Shown here in pieces: positions 53,682-64,000 of a stretch of DNA of 64,000 nucleotides. The DNA comes from Octopus sinensis (Eukaryota): assembly GCF_006345805.1 (NCBI RefSeq), contig NW_021834004.1, forward strand, positions 1-64,000, written 5' to 3'. Below the pieces are notes generated by a model. The model searched no databases, had not been told where the DNA came from, and saw only the letters and a list, made by a program, of their open reading frames with translations. Every line of letters begins with the position of its first letter. Position 1 is the stretch's first letter. Made by a program: the position numbers and the translations under genes.

Positions 53682-53992
53682 ACGTGTTGCTGTTTGTTCC
53701 TTCTCGAGCCATGCCTAGTTCATAAGGGCCGATTTCCCGGTTTCATTGCCGTACAGGTTCCCCACCTGGACGGGACACCGGTCCGTCGCAGGTGAGCTGC
53801 TAGATGAAGGAGGAAAGAGTGAGAGAAAATTGTGGCGAAAGAGTCAGCAGAAGTTCGCCATTAGCTTCTGCCGGAGCCGCGTGGAGCCTAGGGTTTTCGC
53901 TCATAAACACACACAACGCCCGGTCTAAGATTTGAACCCACGATCCCTCGACCGCGTGTCCGCTGCTCTAACCACTAGACCATGTGCCTCCA
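53682..53992 (-). mobile_element. SINE with family B-like head and a different 3' half
   Basis: The head GTGGAGGCACATGG...GACCGGGCGTTGTG resembles family B. The 3' half (CCGTCCAGGTGGGGAACC...GGCTCGAGAAGGAACAAACA) does not. Confidence 0.75.
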
Positions 53993-54383
53993 CCTACATA
54001 ACGTACCTGACTATTATTGTATCAACTCATTGAAACCAACATTCCATACGGTGATCTAGTCTGCTAGAAATAGCTGTCAAATCTCACTCATATCAGTCGA
54101 CCATTTCAGTAAAGAATTGTCACATTTGGAACATCTTTGGCGGAATTTTCCATAGAAGTAAACAACGAAACAAAAACAATTGATCGTTATTGCCAAAACG
54201 CTATACTGTAGCCTTCTTCGATAGCTGTCATTTGACAGAGCCGTTAGGGCGGCGGATAAAATGCCTTGCGGTATCCTTTCTGGCTTTTAAGTATTCCAAG
54301 TTCAAATCCTACTTTTCCCGCCCTCCCTCCTCCTCTTTCTCTCCCTTCTTCCCTCTCTCTCTCTCCCCCTCTCTCTCTCTCTT

Positions 54384-54423
<40 letters not shown>

Positions 54424-56565
54424 CAGACCTGAAGATTAATGATTGGCTGAGTCAGGTTTAAAATACTCAAGCCTAATTCACGCCGTAGGTCACACAAAGT
54501 TTCTATAAGTCTGTCTAATGTTTAGGGCCCCAACAACACCATGGTTTTTCACACACAATACTAAAATATTTACTAACCCAGCTTTGTCAAATCCCAGATT
54601 CATTATTGCATAAATGATGATAAGTTTGTATATTATAAACTTTAACTTTACATCTAAATAACGCTCTGATCCAATTGATCACTGATTGTCTTTGGTGTCT
54701 TAACACACCCAGAACTTATTGTAGATAGAAATATTTTAAATAAACACTTAAATATAATGATAATTTGGTAGAAATAAGTTTGTAAATGTGCACTCTATAG
54801 ATATGTTTGATAATATAGAAATATTGTAACTATACGTATTCTATATTACTGCACCTTTAAATATTGTATACATGTATGTATATGTGCGTATGCACACAAA
54901 CTCACACACGTTTAGTAGAGATTGTTGGAAGAAAGACTACCCGATGACATAGTAGAGAGTAATAATATTTTTAATTAGGTCGTGTCCATCCTATGCAACT
55001 CTATGTTTAACCTATGAGTGCACAAGATTTTCTGATAAGTTATGACTTGTAACTTGGCCGAACATCCTGTGCGCGTACAGACGATATTCAGAGCAGAAAA
55101 AAACTGCTACAAACATAAAAAATAAACATATAAATAAATAATATGCTCTAATGTCGAACAGTGAGAATAAGTGCTCAGCACTGCATTGGTGGACAAATTA
55201 TCTTTATTTATGGGTTAACAAGGCAACCATTGGTTTCATGCCAGGAATTCTCTGCAATTATCAAATCTACAACATGCGATTGTGTCTGCTGTGATGAATT
55301 TGAGTCTCCTGTGATGAACCTACAAACAAACATACAAAACATCCTAGGGTATATTTTCCCTTCTGAAGAGATTATTCTCAGAAATATGAATTTAATATTT
55401 AATTTCACAGTGTATAATTGAAAAAACTGTAAGGAATAATGATCGATTTATTGCTGATAATAAACGCTTATTAACTTCAAAATCTTTATTGCGCAATATA
55501 TGCATTCATAAAATCATGTGACTATCACAGAAAGCTCCTCTAGTAGACCCTGCTATCAGACGACATAGTACTCCTATAAGGAGGAGCATAATGCAGAGCT
55601 CTATGCACCTGACATCCAGAAGGTACAATCGATGAAATTATTTCATGAGAAATATATAAGCCATAAAGCGTCAAGTGGTATGAGAAGTGAAAATATTTAA
55701 CCACTTGTTGTCCCTAGGAGTACTTCCGTTTCGCAGCCTTCATCATGTAATAACGATTTCAGAGTATAATAAATTATTTTACGAGACTGCACTAACATGC
55801 ATGCTATACGTTGTGAATTACACACGTATATTTATAAATCGATGCAGATAAAGAAGTCTTACGCATTAGTGTAACCATCATGTTCTGGTGATTTGATGAG
55901 CTAGCTTTCTTTACCTACATTGCTTTGTACAATGCCTAGCATGTATATTAATGAAGTCATGTAAAATTATTTATTATATGCTGAAATCATCATTACACGA
56001 TGAAGGCTCCGGAACAGCTGTAATCCTAAGGACAACAAGTGGTTAAATAAATATATTCTCTTCCTATACCTGCTGACCTTTTTATGGTAGATATATATTT
56101 GTGTGTGTATGAGCGTTGTGTGTGTGTGTGTATGAGCGTGTGTGTATATCTATCACTATCTATCTGTATATATATGTGTGTGTGTGTATGTATGTATGTA
56201 TGTATGTATTATGAATGCATGTATGTATGTATGTATGTATGTATGTATGTATGCATGTAGGTAGGTAGGTAGGTAGGTAGGTAGGTAGGTAGGTAGGTAG
56301 GAAGGTAGGTAGGTAGGTAGGTAGGTAGGTAGGTAGGTAGGTAGGTAGGTAGGTAGGTAGGTAGGTGGTAGGTAGGTAGGTAGGTAGGTAGATATGTTAA
56401 AGCGCACGGTTTAGTAGTTAAGGTGTTGCACTCACGATTGTGAGACCGTGGGTTCGATTCCCAGCACTTCATTTCACGTTGCTCTGTGATCATTTCGACA
56501 TCTGACATGTGGCACCCATTTTCAACTATATAGGTAATGTCGATCCGATGAAGGAAGTGAGCTTA

Positions 56566-56788
56566 TACTCTTACTCTCTTTACTCTCTTACTTGTTTCAG
56601 TCATTTGACTGCGGCCATGCTGGAGCACTGCCTTTAATCGAGCAACTCGACCCCGGGACTTATTCTTTTGTAAGCCCAGTACTTATACTATTATTTTTGC
56701 CGAATCGCTAAGTAACGGGGACATAAACACACCAGCATCGGTTGTCAAGCAATGCTAGGGGACAAACACAGACACACAAACACACACA

Positions 56789-56847
<59 letters not shown>

Positions 56848-57091
56848 GTATACATATAGGCTTGTGAGTGGATTGGTAGGCTTGTGAGACGGAAACTGAA
56901 AGAAGCCCGTCGTATATATACATATATACGACGGGCTTCTTTCAGTTTCCGTCTACCAAATCCACTCACAAGCCTTTGGTCGGCCCGAGGCTATAGTAGA
57001 AGACACTTACCCAAGGTGCCACGCAGTGGGACTGAACCTGGAACCATGTGGTTGGTAGACAAGCTACTTACCACACAGCCACTCCTGCGCC
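56566..57091 (-). mobile_element. SINE family A containing an internal fold-back duplication
   Basis: Both halves present, with an inverted duplicate at 56858-56975. Confidence 0.9.
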
Positions 57092-57225
57092 TATGTGCAC
57101 AAACATTTGATCACTATAAACAAATCAAATGTGTGGATGTTCGATAAGAAATTGTTGAACCCTCATGCGTCGTCTAACGACGGGAGAGTCCACTGTGTAT
57201 ATATAAACGAATAGATAGAGATAAG

Positions 57226-57319
<94 letters not shown>

Positions 57320-57781
57320 GATGTGTGTGTGTGTAATCTACAGATGAGATTAGTAGTGCAGCTCTCAATATTATTCTGTAAGGATATGATTAATAGTGTA
57401 TATAACAACACGGTAAAAATAAACTCTCTGAAGAAGAGACGAATATTTTTAGCTATAATCATATACTCTACAGTTTACGCTAATAGTGCAGATATATAAA
57501 CATCGTAAATAGATCTACACTGTATAGATATCGTTAATATTGTAGCGATTAGCCACATATGTAATACGTATATAGCGTAAACTTATGCACCCAATAGGTA
57601 TCTTATACACATGCGGTTAATATTGAAGCCGTAAATACTGTAACTATAGCCTATAGATGTGATTAATAGAGCAGATATAAAAATACGTTAATGTTAATAC
57701 TTTACATAAAAATACTATAAATATAGAGTGAAATATGAGTGAGTAAGTTTGGGTATTCTTTTTTTTTTTTTTTTTTTTTTT

Positions 57782-57988
57782 TTACTTGTTTCAGTCATTT
57801 GACTACGGCCATGCTGGAGCACCGCCTTTAGTCGAGCAAATCGACCCCATGATTTATTTTTTTGTAAGCCTTGTACTTATTCTATCGGCGGCGTCCCTTG
57901 CCGAACCGCTAAGTTACGGGGACGTAAACACACCAGCGTCGGTTGTCAAGAGATGTTGGGGTGACAAACACAGACACACAAACACACA

Positions 57989-58063
<75 letters not shown>

Positions 58064-58299
58064 TATATATGGCAAGAAGAAAATGGAGGGAATCCGGAGG
58101 TAGTATTCTTCAGCTGTTAGACACTATATTAGGTCTATTTATTTATTTAAAACAGTCCTGATAACATATATACATGTGTAAAGTAACAGTAATTTTTCAA
58201 CACGTGTATTAATTGGATATTCTACCAGTAGTATATGGGATAGATGCTATCCCTTAGTTGGTTGGATTCACAACCTGTAACTCTCTTTGAATTAAAGTG

Positions 58300-58337
<38 letters not shown>

Positions 58338-58709
58338 TGTATGTATATATATATTAAAGTGTATGTATATATATATAATGTTGGTATATATATATACACA
58401 CACACAACGGGCTTCTTTCAGTTTCTGTCTACCATATCCACTCACAAGGCTATGGTCGGCCCGAGACTATAGTAGAAGACACTTGCCCAAGGTGCCACGC
58501 AGTGGGACTGAACCCGGAACCATGTGGTTGGTGAGCAAGCTACTTTATTTCAAAATTTTGCCATAAAGGCATGACACAGAGTAGCTTGAGGGCTGGACAA
58601 AAACATTGATGAGATGAATGAGGAAAAAGGATGATATTGATGTGAAAAGACAAAAAATTCCCCCCGATTTTTTACTTCTCTAATCTACTTTATCACACAG
58701 CCACTCCTG
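57782..58709 (-). mobile_element. SINE family A with two secondary insertions
   Basis: 3' half at 57782-57975, foreign DNA in the (TA)n at ~58070-58295, and a head broken by a 136-bp insertion. Confidence 0.8.
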
Positions 58710-58957
58710 TATCTTAAACAAACAGATGTATCAAGCGTTGCCCGCGTTCGATACAGAAGATAAACAGAATGGCAGGGTAAATTACTTTAAAAAAAGGTGC
58801 TAACAATATTCGGCTTGTCCAGGAATGTTGATTCGCTTTAGATCTGTTACATAAAAAGCCATCCAAAAGGTGGCTCATGTTGTGCTTCATAAATATTCCA
58901 CCACCACCACCACCAACAACAACAAAAACAACAGCACCACAACCAACCGCCACCAAA

Positions 58958-59507
58958 TCTATATATATAAAAGTGAAGTTGTGTGAGTGTCTGTCTCCTA
59001 CGATTTAGATTCCTAACTACTCCCACATTTTGCGGTGCCGTTAAACCAAAACTGGGTATCTTATAGTCATGATTCATATCGAGCCCTTCTGGGTATTAGC
59101 GCGCGTCTACGATGAGTCTACGATTTTAAAAATAATTTACCATAATTTTTTTCCATTTTAAAGCATATTTTTGGGGGTTCTTCCAATTTTTTCGTGAGTC
59201 GATGGCGGCGGAGTTGGCGTCCATGCTCACACCTGCACCTGTGTTGCTTCTCCCCCTTCTTCCCTCCCTCGTGAAGCTGTGGGGAAGGGAGTGTAAGGAA
59301 ATCAACGTCGTAGAGCGTTGTCAAGGAGACCAGCATTCTTTTAGAACAACGACTTCATGGCTTGAAGATACTGAGTCAACGATTTAAAAAAAAAATTACC
59401 ATCATTTTTTATTCCATTTTTCATGCATTTTTTTGCTATAACTCTCTAAAAATGCTTATATAGTTATTTCCCTTACAAACCCGAGCAACGCCGGGCGATA
59501 CTGCTAG
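58958..59507 (+). mobile_element. Non-autonomous Helitron, longer variant
   Basis: A|TC...CCCGAGCAACGCCGGG...CTAG|T, colinear with 8139-8524 apart from ~200 bp of different internal DNA. Confidence 0.87.
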
Positions 59508-59872
59508 TATGAAATAAAACAAATATTGAAAGGAAGGTGAACCGCTCTGACACATTTATTTCCAAGAGAAATATGTTGTCCCTTTCCAAAATATTATACA
59601 AATTTATATAATTACTATAAAAATAGATGATTTTTCTAATGAGAAAATTTTCCATTATAATCGTAGTGCTTGCGGGCAAACAATATTCAGAGTCTTTCTG
59701 TGAACAGTCAGAAAGAATACATTTTGGCAAAAGTTGTAGCATCAGCAAATACAACCGTGGCCTAATAGTTTAAACGAACAAACATACATACATACATACA
59801 GACAGACAGACATTCACTTTATTTACTAAGTTATAAACTGCAAAGAGGCGGTTAATATTGTAGGAATTAAAT

Positions 59873-60090
59873 ATTGTAAATATTTACTTTATAGATGTGG
59901 CTAATAGTGTGCATATAAATATAGTAAATATACACTCTATAGATGTGGTTAACTGTGCAGATATAAATTTTGTAAATATTTAGTTTATAGATATTTAATA
60001 GCGTAGATATAAATATTGCAAATATACACACTATAGATGAGGTTAATGTAGATATAAATATTGAAAACGTACGCCCCAAAGATGAAGTTA
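59873..60090. repeat. ~48-bp minisatellite, about 4.5 units
   Basis: Unit approximately ATTGTAAATATACACTCTATAGATGTGGTTAATAGTGCAGATATAAAT. Confidence 0.8.
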
Positions 60091-60814
60091 TTAATCCAGA
60101 CTATTATACTCTTGACAATTAGTGATTTTTTCTCTCACATTTCGATTTGTACCAATCGACTCGGTGTTGACTATTATTGGTTGGTATGATTATTGAGTAC
60201 CATGTTGTTGTTGTTGTTGTTTGAAGTGGTAATTGCTACGTCACATTGAATAAAAACGTTAATTCATAATAATGTTTTCGACTTCAAATTATATATCAAT
60301 TTAAAAGGCTAAACTATAGAAATTCATATTCTGGTTATAAGTATTGATACGTATAAACCATTGATTCACTAATTACTTCATTACTTTCTGTATTTTAAGT
60401 CATTGTGAAGGTGCATCTTATTGGTTATAGTTGTTTGTCTCGCTATCACGAATCATAGGCTTCACTTCCAGGAACAGAGCGTCAGAAGCGTATTTCAGTG
60501 TGCTTAACTCAAGTCTGCTCGCGAAAGCGTATGGCCCAGTGGTTGGCTCACTGCACTTGCGATCAAGCTATCATGGGTTTTTTATTTCACGTTGCTCCTC
60601 CACCCCATTCAGCTGCAAATAGGTTCCGGAAATAGTTGACCCCCGCGACGGACCGGGGTGCTGCAACTTCAGTCACTCATACGCCCCGAAAACCGGATTA
60701 AACCCCGATCGTATACGTCCTAAATGTCATGGCAGACCTGACCGAGCGAGTCTATTTGGTTTTTATGGAAACCAGGCCTCTCTCTCTCTCTACAGCTGTG
60801 AATCCACAACACCC

Positions 60815-61327
60815 AGAAAGGAGGAGGAAGACGAGGAGGAGGAGGAGAAGGAGAAGGAGGAGGGGAAGACGACGACGAGGAGGAGGAGGAGGAGGAGGAG
60901 GAGGAAGAGGAGGAAGACGACGAGGAGGAGGAGGAAGATGACGAGGAAGACGAGGAGGAGGAGGAAAACGACGAGGAGGAGGAGGAAAACGACGAGGAGG
61001 AGGAGGAAAACGACGAGGAGGAGGAGGAAGACGACGAGGAGGAGGAGGAAGACGACGAGGAGGAGGAGGAAGACGAACGAAGAGGAGGAGGAAAACGACG
61101 TGGAGGAGGAGGAAGAGGAGGAGGAAGAGGAGGGGGAGGAGGGGGGGAGAAAGACGAGGAGGAGGATGAAGACGAGGAGGAGGAGGAAGACGAGGGGGAG
61201 GAGGAGGAGGAAGACGAGGGGGGAGGAGGAGGAAGAGGAAGAGGGGGGATGAAGATGAGGAGGAGGAGGGAGACGAGGAAGACGAGGAGGAGGAGGAAGA
61301 GGAGGACGAGGTCGAGAAGGAGGAGAG
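60815..61327. repeat. (GAG/GAC/GAA)n purine-rich repeat with 21-bp periodicity
   Basis: Unit GAGGAGGAGGAGGAARACGAC repeated at ~60950-61075. Confidence 0.93.
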
Positions 61328-61715
61328 CGTGTCCGTCTAATCATGACTGCGGACAGAAGTACCTGAAACAGTCAACGAAGACATGATACGTATTACCGAG
61401 ACACGTGTTCGCTATTTACTGTTTCTATTTGAACCAAAAATACACCGCGGATAAACAAACCTTCAGCAACTGCGATGTTTGGTCGGTGACTGTGCAGAAG
61501 CTCCCACATTAGATCGGTGCTACTTAAGAAAGGCTCATTCAAATTACAACAGCTGTAACATGCCAGATATGCGAGGTATAACAATCAAACTTGGTTAGGA
61601 GCCTTAAGATATAAACGCAGGAACCAGGTGCATAATATTAAACTGTTATACATACACACGCATACATTCTTACTCTCATGTACGCATATACACATGCGCC
61701 AATTCACGCTCACAC

Positions 61716-61766
<51 letters not shown>

Positions 61767-62120
61767 CATACGCACAAATGTACACACACAAGCACACACT
61801 CATATTGTGTATGTATTTATTGTATATATATATATATATATATATGTTTCGACAGCCATTTGTGAATATTTCTGTCAGATTGGAATCTGCCATGTCGATG
61901 GTGTGGATATGACTTAAAGAAATGAGAAAGTTAAAATCTAACGCACGACCCGTAACATTGTTTGGTCGTCTTTCATTCAGGGATTGCTAAGTTTTCTTCC
62001 AAACACGCCCGACGTCCCCAATACGCAGGCGCGCGTTGTGTACTTCTTAAATCTATCTTTCTGTTTATATAAGTGTGTGTGTATGTGCGTGTGTGTGTGT
62101 GGTGGTGGGGGAGATAGATT

Positions 62121-62173
<53 letters not shown>

Positions 62174-62401
62174 GCAGATAGATGGATGGATGCACAGGTG
62201 GATGGATGGATGAATGTATAGAGAGGCACACACACACACGCATATACATGCGTGTGTGTGTGTGTTCGCAAGCGAACATGTTTAAATGAATGCATGTATT
62301 GATAGATGAATGAATGGGCGGATGAAATATATCTCTGGTTGTGTATTTATATATTTACATATATACATATATACATGCATGTATGTGCTCGTGGGTATGT
62401 G

Positions 62402-62437
<36 letters not shown>

Positions 62438-63574
62438 ATTATACACACAAAGAAAGTGAAAAGGAGAAAAGCAGGGAAATTGGAGGCAGATAAGTTAGAG
62501 AGGCAGTTTAATCAGATAGAAAAAACATTTTGATTGTTGCATTTTGGGGGTAAAAATACATAAACTAAAAATATATAAGCGAACTACGATGAAGCTGCTC
62601 TTTAGGCACGTGAGAAGTGTGATAATGTTTAGACACGTGACAAATGTGTTAATGTTTATATCTAATCAATGTATATATGGGTAATTTCAAAACCACACAT
62701 CTCTGTAGTTGTCGATCTAAACCGGATTTTGCCAAGATATATATTTGTAAACAAAACTGAAACATTTTTAGAGATTCCGCAACTGCTATATCTATTTTAA
62801 TGTTAGTTTAAGTTTCACATGAAGCATGTTGTTGATGAGGGATTAGATCTGGATGTGGTCGGGGTGGCGGGTGTGAGGGTGATAATGGGCGAGTTAGTCA
62901 CTCTGTAGAATGGGATCTATGCCTAGCCGGGTGTGTATAGGTATGGATGTGTCTATATGTGTCTATATATGAGTGTCTAGGTCTATATATATATATATAT
63001 ATATATATCTGTGTGTATGATGCTGTTGGTGTGTGCGTGTGTGTGTGTGCGTGTGTGCGTGTGTGTGTGTGTGTGTGTGTGCGTGTGTGTGTGTGTGTGC
63101 GTGCGTGTGTGTGTGTGTGTGTGTGCGTGTGCGTGTGTCTGTGTGTGTGTGTGTGTGTGTGTGTCTGTCTGTGTGTGTGTGTGTGTGTGTGTGTGGTCGT
63201 GTGTTCAGAAACCGAAAAAATATGTAAGAGCACGCGGGAAGACAAACCATTTTTAAAACTGCGGAAATAGAAATGGAATGAGAGAGGGAAGGACAGTGTT
63301 GTGAGAGTAAACTGAGAAGAGGGGTTGAAGACAATGTTTAACGTTATTGTTATGGAGCGAGACGAGGAAAAAAACACACAAGACAAGAACTGGGCCGTGC
63401 TGTAATGCACTGAGTGAACTACCAAATGACCCTTTGTATCATGAGACGAAATAGAGAGAGAGCAGCCGACACGCTATAACGGGAAGAAATGGAAAACGCA
63501 GAGGGTACCCCCAGAACCCAGGAAACTAAATGGGAAAGAAGGCGTTAAACTGACAGATTTGTGAGAGTGTCGGT

Positions 63575-63757
63575 TAAAACTGCCTCGCGGTATTTGTTCT
63601 GAGTTCAAATTCCGCCGAGGTCGACTTTGCCTTTCCTCCTTTCGGGGTCGATTAAATAAGTACCAGTTACGCACTGGGATCGATATAATCGACTTAATCC
63701 GTGTGTCTGTCTTTGTTTGTCCCCTCTGTGTTTAGCCCCTTGTGGGTAGTAAAGAAA
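63575..63757 (+). mobile_element. SINE family C
   Basis: Core and Tx1-like tail ...GCCCCTTGTGGGTAGTAAAGAAA. Confidence 0.85.
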
Positions 63758-64000
63758 TATATATTGTCACGCATGGACAGTTGATATTCAAGGCGCAGAT
63801 CTGCATGACTATGTGTGTGTCTGTGTGTCTGTGTGTGTGTGTGTCTGTGTTTCTATAGAAGACCTTTATATGTCCTTCTTATCTTCATGGTATCAAATAT
63901 CGCCGAAGATAACTTTGCCATCATGAAACACCAGTCTAGAAGGAAGAACGGGAGGAACTGTTAGATCGTCGACCGAAATACCTTGCGCTGTTTGTTCTAA

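Noticed and set aside
54950-55990. Possible Penelope/GIY-YIG fossil upstream of a decayed hammerhead-like motif
   Set aside because: I could not read any diagnostic RT or GIY-YIG motif.
60790-61362. Pro/Ser/Leu-rich minus-strand ORF downstream of a plausible acceptor (TGTTTCAG)
   Set aside because: Almost entirely a (CTC/GTC) trinucleotide repeat, with no recognisable domain or partner exon.

Overview
Eukaryotic, AT-rich window dominated by repeats, with no confidently identifiable host gene. The mix of SINE families and extreme microsatellite density suggests a cephalopod, probably Octopus (inference). Nearly all ORFs in the supplied track are translations of microsatellites. Contents: (1) a head-to-tail stack of three Tx1/L1-clade LINE copies at 9.3-15.8 kb, each bounded on both sides by (GATA)n, one keeping a frameshifted full-length ORF2; (2) a diverged Tx1 copy and a Dong/R4 fragment in one (ATT)n array, and another R4/Dong element next to (CATA)n; (3) three abundant tRNA-derived SINE families, one sharing its 3' tail with the Tx1 LINE and one always carrying an internal microsatellite; (4) fossil hAT, MULE, mariner, DD41D, RTE and Penelope-like elements, two non-autonomous Helitrons and MITEs; (5) several hammerhead-ribozyme-like motifs in (TA)n-embedded repeats. 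The best candidate for an undescribed system is a set of microsatellite-targeting retrotransposons plus a SINE that appears to borrow the Tx1 3' end.
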